From an uncultured cyanobacterium (GTDB taxonomy: Bacteria; Cyanobacteriota; Cyanobacteriia; Cyanobacteriales; CAWCAG01): DNA of 64,000 bases. Shown one piece after another: positions 40,101 through 52,805 of the stretch. The translations under genes were made by a program, and so were the position numbers. The notes under the pieces were generated by a model. It ran no database searches. It was not told the origin of the DNA and was given only the letters and a program-made list of their open reading frames with translations. The stretch covers positions 64,001-128,000 of the forward strand of contig CAWDOD010000009.1 of NCBI GenBank assembly GCA_963803805.1, written 5' to 3'. Every line of letters starts with the position of its first letter. Position 1 is the stretch's first letter.

Positions 40101-41340
40101 GTTTATAGAAGCTCAAGAGTTTAGCTGGACGCTTTTTTAGCTCTTCTACATCGACCCAGTAGAGGCACAGTAGGCAAAAGAATTTTTCCCAACTATTGTA
40201 GTCTGGCCCAAACTCATTATAAACTTCGTGCAGTAACTCTTGTTGCTCAATATTTCCCTGACGGACTTTAATAACTATTGCTAAGAGTGTGTAGGTCAGC
40301 TTTAACCAAGAGTGATAGTCTTCGGAGACAAGGTTGGCATAGGTTTGTGCTTCTTGGAGAGATTGGGGTGAGCCGTCTTTGAGTAAGGCAAGTAGAAAAA
40401 ATACACCGCTAATTGTATTAAAGTAAATTTTACGTTTACTTCTTCTTTTCCGAAGGCTTTTGAGGGCTTTTTTATAGTAGGCAATAGCTTGCGGATAGTC
40501 ACCACGCAATACCTTTAACCATCCCCAGAATACAGCACCGCCTTCATTATTATGAGGTAAATTAGTTAAAATCTGCTCCGCTTCTTGGAGATGGCCCCGT
40601 ATAATTAACTGTTCTATCAAAACTAAACGAAGGAAATTGCTTTGTTTTTCTCCTCCTCGATAATACTCTTCCCGCAACAGGGTAAATGCTTCTTCTACCC
40701 GAATAAGCTCTTTGGTTGCTGTAATAAGAATATTCGATAAGGCAGTTTCAAACATCTGGAATGGTAGGGTGCGAAACCATTCGGGATCAAAAGGATTATT
40801 GCAAACTTCTAGGAAGAGGCGCTCAAGAATTTTATCTGGCTTACCATAGTTGAAGCGCTCATAACTTTCTATAACTTTACCCATCAGTGACCAATCATGA
40901 CTATAAATAGCGAGACGCGCTACCTGTAAAAACTGTTGTTCACTCCGTAGATAAAGGGAACCATGTTGCTTACGGGGTAATAACTTCTCTTTCACTACTT
41001 CAACCAGGGCTACAAAGCTGCCTACTTTAATCGCATCACGGGTAATTATTTCCACCACCAGGGGATTGCATCGCGCCCCTTGATTACCTTTTTGGAGTAA
41101 TAGACCCTCTTCGAGTAAATTGTCTAGATGGAGTTTTAAGCTTTGTTGAGTAAACGACTGATACTGTTTATCTTTTTGAGCTAATTGCTGCCAACAATCT
41201 AGTACTAAACTCCTTGAAGCTGACCCATAAATAAGGGAGAATAGTTGTAGAATCATTTGCTCAACGGTGGGTAAGTCACTATAAACCGTGATTAGTTCCT
41301 GGCGTAATGGCGTAATGGAGTCTACACTGATATCAGTCAT
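37145..41340 (-). pseudogene. SNF2/DEAD-H helicase (~1398 aa) split by a -1 frameshift near 39045-39055
   Basis: ORFs 39013..41340 and 37145..39061 overlap; the C-terminal part has LRDYQIEG, LADDMGLGKT, LDEGQ, TGTPLEN, SLKAGGTGLNL, QASDRAHRLGQ; ...ITACPFL continues as KGYSAEDGEW in the -1 frame. Confidence 0.85.
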
Positions 41341-41434
41341 GGTTAGGAAATCAAACTAGTTTAGTAGAGCGGATTAAAGGTAATTTAAGTTAATACTAAA
41401 GTACATTGTGACCAGAGAATCCGTTCTATCCTAG

Positions 41435-41494
41435 GGTGGGTTTCTTTAAGATAATCTTTTCTCTCAACTCTCAGCTTTAAGAGCGGAACCCACC
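41435..41494. repeat. REP-like inverted repeat GGTGGGTT...AACCCACC
   Basis: 8-bp arms downstream of shc. Confidence 0.4.
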
Positions 41495-41516
41495 ATCCCC
41501 ATTATTAAATATGCCG

Positions 41517-43466
41517 CTATCTATTGCTAAACAAACTGCATTGCTGATACTTCCCTAAAGCAGTTAAGGGAAAGTTTTGCCGATAAAGGTGATAGCGAAT
41601 GTAAAAATGGCTAGGAAAGCCTGTACCTGTAAACTCTGCTTCTTCCCAACTGCCATCGGTTTGTTGAGTGGTAATTAAATAATCAATGCCTGCGGTGATT
41701 TCTTCTTGATACCAATTACCCGTTGCTTCCCCAGCAGCCATTAAACCAATTAATGCCCAAGCTGTTTGCGAGGCTGTACTTACCCCTTGCCCTTTTAAGC
41801 GGGAATCATCATAACTGCGACAGGTTTCTCCCCAACCGCCATCAAAGTTTTGACAACTTGCTAACCAGGCTGCCCCCCGTTCAATTACTTTACCCTGGCT
41901 TTGGGGAGCAATGAGTGCCAATGCAGAGAGTACACCACTTGTACCGTAGATGTAGTTTACTCCCCAACGCCCAAACCAACTACCATCAGCTTCTTGTTCT
42001 TTAATTAAATAGGCGATCGCACTGTCAATTTTTTCTTGACTTAAATCACTATTGCTGGTTGTGTAACTTTCCCCTAATCTACCCACCATTTCTAAAACCC
42101 TGGCTGTTACATCGGCGGTATTGGGGTCAATCATCGCCTTCAAATCAGCATAGGGTAAGTAGTTAAGCCAATTTTGGTTATTATTAAGGTCAAAAGCTGC
42201 CCAGCCAAAATCTTGACATTGCATAGAGGCTATCCAATTCAGGGTACGGGCGATCGCCGCTTGTTTTGACTCTTCGTTAGGCAATTTAACACCTTTGAGT
42301 GCCATCACCACAACTGCTGAATCATCCACATCAGGATAAAAGCGGTTAGTAAATTCAAAAGCCCAAGCCCCCGGTTTGCCTCTTTTGTTCTTAACTGCCC
42401 AGTCACCATAATCGAGGATTTGTTGTTTTAAAAGCCATTCTCCCCCCTTAACCAAAGCGGTATGATCCGAGGCTAATCCTGAATCTACCAAAGCACGCAT
42501 AGTTAAAGCCGTATCCCATACCGGAGAGACACAAGCTTGTACTCGATAGCTATCTTCTGTTTCAATGGCAAAGTTGTCAATAGCTTGCAAACCCCTATGG
42601 ATAATAGGGTCAGCGGCATTGTAATTTAAAGAACGCAGTGCCAATAAAGAGTTCAACATCGCAGGGATAATGCCTCCCCAATCCCCCGTTGTTTCCTGCC
42701 TTTCTAACACCCACTTCTCTGCCGCTTCTAACCCAGCTTCTCGCCAAGGAACCAGGTTGAGACTCTCTCCCAATTTAAACAGGTTGTCTAGTTGGACAAA
42801 AATATCCGTCCAATCCCCGCTGCGAGGCAATTCGTAGCGAACATTGTTGATGCTTTCTGTGTATAGTTCATCTAAATTAATTGCTGGGTTAATCTTAAAT
42901 ACTGGTTTGCGGTCAAATACAATTAATAAAGGAACAGTACTTCCCCTTGCCCAACTAGACATTTCATAAATGCTAAAAGGAAAGGGAATAGGATCACCTA
43001 AAAACATGATCCAAGGGGGAATAGAAGGAATACCGCGCCAGTCATAACAACCAATTAAAGCCAGGTGGAATTTAGTAAAAATACGACTCTTACTAATCCC
43101 ACCTTGCTGAACAATAAATTCTCGCCCCCTAACTAAATCAGGATCACTTGCCGGAACCCCCAACAACCGCAAAGCCAAATAAGCTTCCACCGAAGTACTC
43201 AAATCTCCCCCATCACCATAAAATAGTTCCCAGCCGCCATGTTCGGTTTGTTGAGAAAGTAGGTACTTTTTAGCCTTATGTAAAGCCCTGGTAGTATCTG
43301 TTCCCCAAATTTTATGGAGTAAAATCGCCTCAGCAGTGATAGTTACATTAGATTCTAATTCTGCCCACCAATAACCTTGAGGATCTTGGAGAGAAAGTAA
43401 ATAATTCTGACTAGCTGCGATTGCTTCTTGAATTTGAGAGTTGCTAGTTTGGTTTTGAAGTTGCAT
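41517..43466 (-). CDS. shc: Squalene-hopene cyclase
   Basis: GYWWAELESN, QACVSPVWDT, YPDVDDSAVV (DXDD), QW repeats, GSWFGRWGVNYIYGT, FTGTGFP; start taken at MQLQNQ. Confidence 0.96.
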   Translation of the reverse strand: MQLQNQTSNSQIQEAIAASQNYLLSLQDPQGYWWAELESNVTITAEAILLHKIWGTDTTRALHKAKKYLLSQQTEHGGWELFYGDGGDLSTSVEAYLALRLLGVPASDPDLVRGREFIVQQGGISKSRIFTKFHLALIGCYDWRGIPSIPPWIMFLGDPIPFPFSIYEMSSWARGSTVPLLIVFDRKPVFKINPAINLDELYTESINNVRYELPRSGDWTDIFVQLDNLFKLGESLNLVPWREAGLEAAEKWVLERQETTGDWGGIIPAMLNSLLALRSLNYNAADPIIHRGLQAIDNFAIETEDSYRVQACVSPVWDTALTMRALVDSGLASDHTALVKGGEWLLKQQILDYGDWAVKNKRGKPGAWAFEFTNRFYPDVDDSAVVVMALKGVKLPNEESKQAAIARTLNWIASMQCQDFGWAAFDLNNNQNWLNYLPYADLKAMIDPNTADVTARVLEMVGRLGESYTTSNSDLSQEKIDSAIAYLIKEQEADGSWFGRWGVNYIYGTSGVLSALALIAPQSQGKVIERGAAWLASCQNFDGGWGETCRSYDDSRLKGQGVSTASQTAWALIGLMAAGEATGNWYQEEITAGIDYLITTQQTDGSWEEAEFTGTGFPSHFYIRYHLYRQNFPLTALGKYQQCSLFSNR

Positions 43467-43521
43467 ATTTTTGTGCTTTGATGCTTTGGCTATATTTTGC
43501 AGGAGACTGTGAACAATATTT

Positions 43522-43992
43522 TTACTTTCTAATATCTTCAAATTGAAGGGCATCTGCAAAACGATTTAAGTGTCTTACATTCTCAGTCGCAATCACTACA
43601 TAACGCCCAGGATTATTTCGTTTCAAAACTCTAAATTGAGCGCAGATTATTATATCTATGTTAATATCTACTTCTGGCGCTGTAGGGATTCCTTGAATAA
43701 GAGACTCTGCCCAGATTTCCGCAGCAATGTCTAATTCTTCACCTGTGATTGAAAGGAATTCAATTTCGTTTCTCAATTCTTCTAAACGCTTAATTCCTTC
43801 ACTATTGCTCTTATTTCTTATCTGTTCTAATATCAAACTTCTTTTAACCTCATATTTGCAAATTTCTGAGGTTATGATTGTAGCGCCCCTGGCCATAACT
43901 CTATAAAGCCACCTTTTGCATTTTTGAGATTTTTCTGAAGGATTAGGATTGCATAAATAACCCAAAACTCCTGTATCTAAAAAAATAATCAT
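43522..43992 (-). CDS. PIN-domain (VapC-like) toxin
   Basis: IIFLDTGVLG, EICKYEVKR, DIDIIICAQ-like motif (INIDIIICAQ), IATENVRHL. Confidence 0.85.
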   Translation of the reverse strand: MIIFLDTGVLGYLCNPNPSEKSQKCKRWLYRVMARGATIITSEICKYEVKRSLILEQIRNKSNSEGIKRLEELRNEIEFLSITGEELDIAAEIWAESLIQGIPTAPEVDINIDIIICAQFRVLKRNNPGRYVVIATENVRHLNRFADALQFEDIRK

Positions 43993-44858
43993 TCCTGCGA
44001 AAACACTTTTTGTCCAGGTAATCTGTAACTATCAACAATTTCTTGGAAATCCTCAAAAGACTTTCTCGATTCAGGTGTTTCCTCTTTTAATTCATCTTCT
44101 TTTATCCATCTTGCCAAAGTCTTCAGAGCAGACTGATTAGCCTTGGCAGGGTTTTCTCTATACCATTCTTCTAACCATTCTAACTGTTTAATTCCAGCTA
44201 GAGAAGTTCTTCTTATGGCAACTACGTTGTTATGTGAATCTCTTTCTTCTGGAATCTCTTCTATTTCTTTTAAGGCTTCTCTAAAAACGTCTGAAAGCAA
44301 GTCTTTTAAATCTTTATCTAAGACAAATTTGCTTGAAACCTGCATTTGCATAGCCCTATAAAGCCCGCCTTCAAAAAAATCAACTGCTGTATAGAGCGCA
44401 CCTAAATACAGATTTTTGTTAGAACCTTGTTCTTTTAGTCTGTTAACTTGAGATATCCAGTACAAACCTCTGTATAATTCGGTGTACAAGCAAGATTCCA
44501 AGTACAAATACTCTATATCTTCTGCTAAATCGACTTGAATATTATCTTTATTTTCTTCTTGGAACTCTAACAAAAACTGCATCAATTTAGATAGTTGATC
44601 AGACTTGCTTTCAAAGCTTTCTTGTGCAGTAACTTTTTGAGTATAAGCAGTGATTTTATTTGCTAGTTTAGATAATACTTGATTGTCAGTTTGCTTAATT
44701 TCTAGCTTGAGGTTGTCTTTGAGCAGATCAACTTTAGCTTTGTCTAATATGCTCTGTAACATCTCTATACCTAATACTAAAAGACCTAGTACTGATTCTA
44801 CCGAATAACCATATACAGTTAATAGTCTAAGTTTTGATTCTACTATTTGATTATTCAT
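43989..44858 (-). CDS. Hypothetical protein, probable antitoxin partner with long N-terminal extension
   Basis: ATGA overlap with the PIN gene; C-terminus NQSALKTLARWIKED...FEDFQEIVDSYRLPGQKVFS resembles small cyanobacterial PIN-associated proteins. Confidence 0.55.
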   Translation of the reverse strand: MNNQIVESKLRLLTVYGYSVESVLGLLVLGIEMLQSILDKAKVDLLKDNLKLEIKQTDNQVLSKLANKITAYTQKVTAQESFESKSDQLSKLMQFLLEFQEENKDNIQVDLAEDIEYLYLESCLYTELYRGLYWISQVNRLKEQGSNKNLYLGALYTAVDFFEGGLYRAMQMQVSSKFVLDKDLKDLLSDVFREALKEIEEIPEERDSHNNVVAIRRTSLAGIKQLEWLEEWYRENPAKANQSALKTLARWIKEDELKEETPESRKSFEDFQEIVDSYRLPGQKVFSQE

Positions 44859-44898
44859 AGAACAGAATAATCATAAAAACACCGAGTGATAGTATCTA

Positions 44899-44924
44899 TA
44901 GAGATGTTCTGACAAACATCTCTA
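44899..44924 (-). terminator. Perfect hairpin TAGAGATGTT-ctgaca-AACATCTCTA downstream of gyrB (REP-like or terminator)
   Basis: 10-bp perfect inverted repeat 17 bp past the gyrB stop. Confidence 0.55.
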
Positions 44925-44941
44925 CTACTAAAAAAATAGAC

Positions 44942-46897
<1,956 letters not shown>

Positions 46898-47027
46898 CTA
46901 ATATCTGACTTTCTTATACCAAAATCTTCAAAAATTCTAACACAAAAGGGTTCAAGACTGCTCTAGACCAATCTCAAGGTAGATTAGTGAAGAGGTCTAT
47001 CCCTTGTTTTACCCTCGGTTATAATTA

Positions 47028-47909
47028 ATGCTTATCGTTATTTGCGGTGCTACCGCTACGGGAAAGTCAGGTTTGGGAGTTAAATTAGCTCAAAGACTTA
47101 ACTCAGTGATTATCAGTGCTGACTCTCGGCAGGTATATAAAGAGTTAAATATCGGTACTGCTAAGGCTTCAGAGATTGATAGAGCAAATGTACCACATTA
47201 TTTGCTTGATATTTGTGAACCGACAGAAAGCTTAACTGTAGCTGAGTACCAGCAAAAAGCTCAAGCTTTAATTGCTGATTATCCTTGTCCCCTTTTAGTG
47301 GGAGGAACGGGACTATATATTAAAGCAATAGTACGGGGATTAATTGTACCAAGAGTTGCTCCCCAACCTCAACTGCGATTACAACTCGAATCTTTAGGGC
47401 AAACTCAACTATATACTTTCTTGTCCCAAGTAGATCCTCTTGCTACCAAAAAAATCCATCCTAACGATTTAGTAAGAACTTTAAGAGCGTTAGAAGTTTT
47501 TTATGTTACCGGAGTTCCTATATCTAAGCAACAGGGAGAAAATCCTCCTAACTATCCGATTTTGCAGATTGGTTTAGATTGCGAGCAAGAAGTTTTACAT
47601 CAACGTATTCGTGATCGCACCACAAAAATGCTCGAAGCAGGTTTGGTAACTGAAGTGGAAAAGTTAGTACAGAAATATGGTTGGGATTTACCTTTATTAA
47701 ATACTTTGGGATATGGCGAAATCAAACAATTTTTAGTCGGTAAATTATCTCTCCAACAAGCAGAAGATTTAATTGTTCTCCATACGCGCCAATTTGCTAA
47801 GCGGCAAAGAACTTGGTTTCGGAAGTATCCTGAAATTGAATGGTTTGATGTTAATTGTTCGGACTTATTAGAGCAAGTATGGTTGAGGGTGGAATCAGAT
47901 TTCAGATAG
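47028..47909 (+). CDS. miaA: tRNA dimethylallyltransferase
   Basis: GATATGKS, SADSRQVY, IGTAK, VGGTGLY, TRQFAKRQRTWFR. Confidence 0.97.
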   Translation: MLIVICGATATGKSGLGVKLAQRLNSVIISADSRQVYKELNIGTAKASEIDRANVPHYLLDICEPTESLTVAEYQQKAQALIADYPCPLLVGGTGLYIKAIVRGLIVPRVAPQPQLRLQLESLGQTQLYTFLSQVDPLATKKIHPNDLVRTLRALEVFYVTGVPISKQQGENPPNYPILQIGLDCEQEVLHQRIRDRTTKMLEAGLVTEVEKLVQKYGWDLPLLNTLGYGEIKQFLVGKLSLQQAEDLIVLHTRQFAKRQRTWFRKYPEIEWFDVNCSDLLEQVWLRVESDFR

Positions 47910-47994
47910 TGATTTGGTACATTGATAATGTCAATAGAGATAGAGATAGTTATACTTTATATCTCAGACTTTAAATTGGTTTAAAGCAATTTTA

Positions 47995-49065
47995 ATGCCT
48001 AACAACTTACTTCAAATTACCGAACAATATTTGCAGGAATTTGTTGCCCCCCAAGCAGACAAAATAGATAAAGATAGCCAAGCCTTAGCAATCGCTTTAC
48101 GAGGCATGGGCGATTGCAACTTACTTGCTTTGCGAGTATCTCAAAATTGGGGTGGCGGTGGCTTTAGTACCAAAGAATTCCGGTTATTTCAAGAAATCAT
48201 TTCTCGTTATTCTGGTGCATTAGCTTTTCTGCAAACTCAACATCAAAGTGCCGCTTATCGTTTGATGAAAAGTAGCAATGAGTTTTTGAAGCAAAAGTAT
48301 TTACCTTTCACCCCTTCGGGTGAAATATTATTAGGTATTGGTTTTTCCCATGTACGTCGCCCCGGAAAACCCATCGCTAAAGCATTTCCCGTAGCTGGAG
48401 GCTATCGTTTAGAAGGAAAGATTCCTTGGTTAACTGGTTTGAGTTTTTTCCATCACTTTATTATTGGGGCAACTTTACCTAATGGAGAGGTTGTTTATGG
48501 CATGATGCCCTTTCAAAATAGCCAGCAAGAAGAAGGAGGTGAGATTAGCTTTTCTCCTCCTCAAAAACTAGCAGCAGCGAACTCTACAAATACAGTTAGT
48601 GCTACCTTGCAAAACTGGTTTTTACCCCAACAACAAGTAGTTTCTTTACAGCCAGCAGGAAAGATTCATCAACAAGATAAAAATAATGTTTTACAACAAG
48701 GTTTTTATAGTTTAGGTTGCGCCAGGGCAGGGCTTGATATTATGGTGGCAAGCTATGATAAAAAACGACTTTCTTTTATTAAAGAAGCTTTCCTTACTCT
48801 GGAACAAGAATTAATTGAACTGAGAGAAAAGATGTTAAAAGCTGAGGGAGATACAGAACTATCTTTTGATGTCAAACTAATCTTAAGAGCTAAAGCCATT
48901 AACTTAGCTGGACGTTGCGCCCAAGGTGCAGTAGCAGTATCTAGTGGTGCTGCTAATTATGAAAATAATCCTGCTCAAAGAGTTTATCGAGAAGCTTTGC
49001 TATTTGCCGTTTCTGGACAAACTACCAATGTCATGGCAGCAACATTAGATAAATTAATTAACTAA
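47995..49065 (+). CDS. Acyl-CoA dehydrogenase family protein
   Basis: VAPQADKID, LAFLQTQHQSA, GYRLEGKIPWLTG, AQRVYREA. Confidence 0.85.
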   Translation: MPNNLLQITEQYLQEFVAPQADKIDKDSQALAIALRGMGDCNLLALRVSQNWGGGGFSTKEFRLFQEIISRYSGALAFLQTQHQSAAYRLMKSSNEFLKQKYLPFTPSGEILLGIGFSHVRRPGKPIAKAFPVAGGYRLEGKIPWLTGLSFFHHFIIGATLPNGEVVYGMMPFQNSQQEEGGEISFSPPQKLAAANSTNTVSATLQNWFLPQQQVVSLQPAGKIHQQDKNNVLQQGFYSLGCARAGLDIMVASYDKKRLSFIKEAFLTLEQELIELREKMLKAEGDTELSFDVKLILRAKAINLAGRCAQGAVAVSSGAANYENNPAQRVYREALLFAVSGQTTNVMAATLDKLIN

Positions 49066-49174
49066 AAAAGAGCGGTTTAGGGGCTGAAAATTACTTACAA
49101 AGCCTTTGCTTATTAGAATGACATTTTATCTAAGCTATCTGTAAGTTAAATCGGAAATTTATAGAGGGAATAAG

Positions 49175-49885
49175 ATGCAAGTTGAACAGAAAGAAATAAC
49201 AATTATTACTTCTGACGGAGAAATGCCCGCTTTTATGTGTTTTCCTACTGAAAATAGCCGTAAACCAGCCATAGTACTGCTAATGGAGGCTTTTGGATTA
49301 ACACAGCACATTAAAGATGTAGCTCTTCAAATTGCTGACGAGGGTTATGTCGTCATTGCACCCGACTTATATTATCGTGAATTGCCAAATAATAAATTTG
49401 AATATGATGAAGTGGAAGAAGCGATGGCCATGATGTGGCAACTCGATTTTGGCAAGCCAATGGAGAACGATATTAAGGCAACTTTGAGCTATATTAAATC
49501 TAGAGTAGATGTCTATCCGAATCGAGTGGGTGTTACAGGATTTTGCTTAGGTGGTGGTCTTACTTTTTTTACTGCTACCAACTTTTCGGATCAAATCGCC
49601 GTGGCTGCACCTTTCTACGGTATGGTTTTTGATGAGTGGCTCGAAGCAGTTAAAAATATTTCAATTCCTGTATATTTATTTTTTGGTGGAGTAGATCAGT
49701 TTATTCCTAGTGATCGCATCAAGCAAATTGATTCCCGATTTAAAGAACTCGATAAAAACTACAGGTTAAAAGTTTATCCAAATGCAGGTCACGGATTTTT
49801 CTGTCACGAACGTTCTTCTTATGATCCCTTAGCTGCTAATGACTCCTGGCAAGAACTTATGAAGTTTTTTCAGGAATATTTGTAA
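49175..49885 (+). CDS. Dienelactone hydrolase family protein
   Basis: EAFGL, APDLY, GFCLGG nucleophile, YPNAGHGFFC. Confidence 0.92.
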   Translation: MQVEQKEITIITSDGEMPAFMCFPTENSRKPAIVLLMEAFGLTQHIKDVALQIADEGYVVIAPDLYYRELPNNKFEYDEVEEAMAMMWQLDFGKPMENDIKATLSYIKSRVDVYPNRVGVTGFCLGGGLTFFTATNFSDQIAVAAPFYGMVFDEWLEAVKNISIPVYLFFGGVDQFIPSDRIKQIDSRFKELDKNYRLKVYPNAGHGFFCHERSSYDPLAANDSWQELMKFFQEYL

Positions 49886-50025
49886 AAAGGGATGGAATAA
49901 TTTGGCCAATAATTTTAGATACTATTTCGATTTTCAATTCTGTGCATAATCTGAAGTAAGTGGTAGTAGGTTAGCGATCGCGTTACTATTTTGAGATGTA
50001 GTCCCCCATACATTTTGATACAAAA

Positions 50026-50379
50026 ATGGAGCCAGATTCTCTACCAACGGAGCTTATTCTGACGCACCCTCGTCAGAAACTTGGGAAAATTAGTCTTGAC
50101 TGGATACCGCAACCAGGCAATTATCTTGATTTTGCCGGTAAAACCTATGCTGTTCTAGAACGTCACCACCATTATCAATATAAGCTTAGTGGTTACCGTT
50201 TACAGAAAGTTTCTCTCTACGTTCAATCCGCCAAAACACCTACAGAAAAAAGTTATATAGAAGGACGTTGGGTAATTGGTGATGCGAAGTGCAATTTTAA
50301 TGCTAAATCAGAACTTGTCCGTTGTGCGGTTAATCCGGAAGGCCCCTGTGAAGGGTGTCGATTTTTTGAAGATAGCTAA
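50026..50379 (+). CDS. Conserved cyanobacterial protein (DUF6464-like)
   Basis: PQPGNYL...YAVLERHHHYQ...IGDAKCNFNAKSELVRCAVNPEGPCEGC. Confidence 0.75.
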   Translation: MEPDSLPTELILTHPRQKLGKISLDWIPQPGNYLDFAGKTYAVLERHHHYQYKLSGYRLQKVSLYVQSAKTPTEKSYIEGRWVIGDAKCNFNAKSELVRCAVNPEGPCEGCRFFEDS

Positions 50380-50434
50380 TTGCTAGTAGTTTTGACCTTT
50401 CTTGCTTCCACCTCAATTTAAAATAGAAAGACCA

Positions 50435-51691
50435 TTAATTGCCGATAAAACTTAAGAAGTTTCCTACTAGGTAAAGGGAGCCGCAAAGGACAATTAATCT
50501 TTTGGGGTTGTTGTTCCCCTGTAAAGCTGTTTCTAAGGCTGCTAGGAGATTGCTGAAGGTTTGGCAATCCTTTAAATTGGGGCAGACCTCGGTGGCTAAA
50601 GAAGCTAAGTCTTCCGGGTTAGCTGAACTGTGGTCAGGTACAGGTACTAAGTATAATTGCTCCGAAGGTCGTAATAAAACTTGGAAAATATCTTTATGGT
50701 CTTTGGTGCTTAACATACCCATAACCCAGGTAATGTTAACCCCTAAACTATCAACATATTGCCGTAAAGATTTAGCTGCGGCAGTGTTATGTGCGCCATC
50801 AATTAAAATATTTCTCTCACGCCAAGTTAGCCATTGCAACCTTCCCTCCCAGGTAGTTTTGGCCATACCATCTTGAATAGCCTTTAAAGGAATCTGCCAA
50901 CCTTTGCTTTGTAGAGTTTTGAGAGTTGCGATCGCCAAAGCCGAGTTAGTTAATTGAATGTTACCTTGTAAGGGTAAAGGGTAGTTAATTCCCTGATAAC
51001 TTGCCCCTCTAATCCCGTTTTCCAAAGTAATTTCTTGGGCTGGTTTAATCCAAACAGCAGGACAATTTAACTCAGTAACTCGCTTCGCCACAACCTCCTT
51101 TGCTTCTGGCGGCAAAACACCAATTACCGCCGGACAACCTAACTTAAGAATACCAGCCTTTTCCCTAGCAATATCTGCTAATTCAGGTCCAAGGCGTTGC
51201 CAATGTTCTCGACTCAGGGAAGTTATTACACTAACCAAGGGATCATTACAGACATTAGTTGCATCTAACCTACCTCCCAAACCTACTTCTACCACCGCAA
51301 CATCAACCTGAGATTGGGCAAAATATAACCATGCGGCTGCTGTAATAACCTCAAACTGAGTCGGACTTTCTTGGTTTGGTTCAATGACTGCTTGAATTTT
51401 TAGTAGTAGTTCCTGTAAAGTTTCTGAGGCGATGGGCTGTTCGTTAAGGCAGATTCTTTCTGTCCAATCTACTAAATGAGGAGAAGTATAGCGCCCAACG
51501 CAATAACCAGCCGTGGTTAATACAGAGGAGAGGTAAGCACAAACCGAACCCTTACCATTAGTCCCTGCCACATGGATAATTGGTACATTTTGATGAGGGT
51601 TGCCTAATTTTGCTAACAGCCGCTCAATGCGTTCTAATCCTAGATGAACACCGAAGCGCTGAAAAGATTGAAGTAAGGAGTCTATTGTCAC
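50435..51691 (-). CDS. folC: Folylpolyglutamate synthase/dihydrofolate synthase
   Basis: HVAGTNGKGS, YTSPHL, EVGLGGRLDATN, DGAHN, CGSLYLVG. Confidence 0.96.
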   Translation of the reverse strand: MTIDSLLQSFQRFGVHLGLERIERLLAKLGNPHQNVPIIHVAGTNGKGSVCAYLSSVLTTAGYCVGRYTSPHLVDWTERICLNEQPIASETLQELLLKIQAVIEPNQESPTQFEVITAAAWLYFAQSQVDVAVVEVGLGGRLDATNVCNDPLVSVITSLSREHWQRLGPELADIAREKAGILKLGCPAVIGVLPPEAKEVVAKRVTELNCPAVWIKPAQEITLENGIRGASYQGINYPLPLQGNIQLTNSALAIATLKTLQSKGWQIPLKAIQDGMAKTTWEGRLQWLTWRERNILIDGAHNTAAAKSLRQYVDSLGVNITWVMGMLSTKDHKDIFQVLLRPSEQLYLVPVPDHSSANPEDLASLATEVCPNLKDCQTFSNLLAALETALQGNNNPKRLIVLCGSLYLVGNFLSFIGN

Positions 51692-51725
51692 TCTTTGCTT
51701 AGTAGATTAAATAAGATTGTTATAT

Positions 51726-52496
51726 ATGAGCGAGCAAAAGTTACGTAACTGGTTAAAAAAAAACTTAGGAATTACTCCTGAAGACTTACATAAGTATAAA
51801 ATGGCCGTTACGATGCAACAATATGAAGTTTTAGAATTTTTCGGCGATTCTGTTCTCGGTTTTATTGTTGCGGAATATTTGGTTACTCAGTATAAATTTA
51901 TTGACCAGCCGGGTCTATTTACTCATATTAAAGCTAAGCTCGTTAAAAATCAAAACTTAGCTGAGATTGCCAAAAAGATTGATTTAGCTTCTTTGGCTGT
52001 AATACCTAGCACCAGCAATAGGGAACAAATTGGCGAACAAATGCTAGCTGATATGTTAGAAGCCTTACTCGGCGCTACTTATTTAGATTATGGCTTAGAA
52101 ACTTGTCAAGAAATCATTAAAAAACTATTCAACTTAGAACAGATTACCTTAAGAGAATTAATGGTAGGTAATCAACCCAAGGTTTATAATCCTCGTGAAT
52201 TAAGAAAACAAGTAGAAGCTAAAGTTAAAGAAGAAAATATATCTTCTGTACAGCATAAAAATCCTGTTTCAGCCTTACAGGAGTTTTTAGCAAAAAAAGG
52301 GGAATCCCCACCAGAGTATATAGAGATTAAAAGGATGGGTGAACCCCATTTACCCACTTTTACCATTAAAGCAAGTTGTCGGTTCGGAGGTCGAAATTTA
52401 TCGGCACAAGCCCAGGGAAAGAAATTAAAGGAAGCGAAAAAAAGCGCGGCTTATAAGTTATTAAATAGAGTTTTGAAATTATATTCGGATTCTTGA
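51726..52496 (+). CDS. Ribonuclease III family protein with dsRBD
   Basis: YEVLEFFGDSVLG signature, LADMLEALLGA, NPVSALQE...GEPHLPTF...KEAKKSAA. Confidence 0.85.
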   Translation: MSEQKLRNWLKKNLGITPEDLHKYKMAVTMQQYEVLEFFGDSVLGFIVAEYLVTQYKFIDQPGLFTHIKAKLVKNQNLAEIAKKIDLASLAVIPSTSNREQIGEQMLADMLEALLGATYLDYGLETCQEIIKKLFNLEQITLRELMVGNQPKVYNPRELRKQVEAKVKEENISSVQHKNPVSALQEFLAKKGESPPEYIEIKRMGEPHLPTFTIKASCRFGGRNLSAQAQGKKLKEAKKSAAYKLLNRVLKLYSDS

Positions 52497-52622
52497 TCAA
52501 TGAATAGAAAGCTGAGTAGTCTCAACTTCTTCTCTGTTCCCCGTTCCCTAAATAAAGAAATATTCCTGCAATGATATAATATAGGTTTGTGAATTTTCAT
52601 TTGTCTAGGAGAATTACAGTTC

Positions 52623-52760
52623 GTGAGTAAGCGTACCTTTGGCGGTAGCAACCGTAAGCAAAAGAGAAAATCTGGTTTCCGTAAACGAATGCGGACAAAA
52701 ACTGGCCGTCGAGTTATCAACGCTCGCCGCAGTAAAGGAAGACAACGCCTTGCTGTTTAA
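52623..52760 (+). CDS. rpmH: 50S ribosomal protein L34 (missing from the ORF track)
   Basis: GTG start, [45 protein letters not shown], directly upstream of rnpA. Confidence 0.97.
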   Translation: MSKRTFGGSNRKQKRKSGFRKRMRTKTGRRVINARRSKGRQRLAV

Positions 52761-52805
52761 GCTAAGGCCTCAAGCTATTTTATTCAAACTTTCAGCACCT
52801 GCCCC

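Noticed and set aside
43467-43559. N-terminal extension of shc in the ORF track
   Set aside because: Overlaps the PIN gene; MQLQNQ at 43466 fits cyanobacterial Shc starts better
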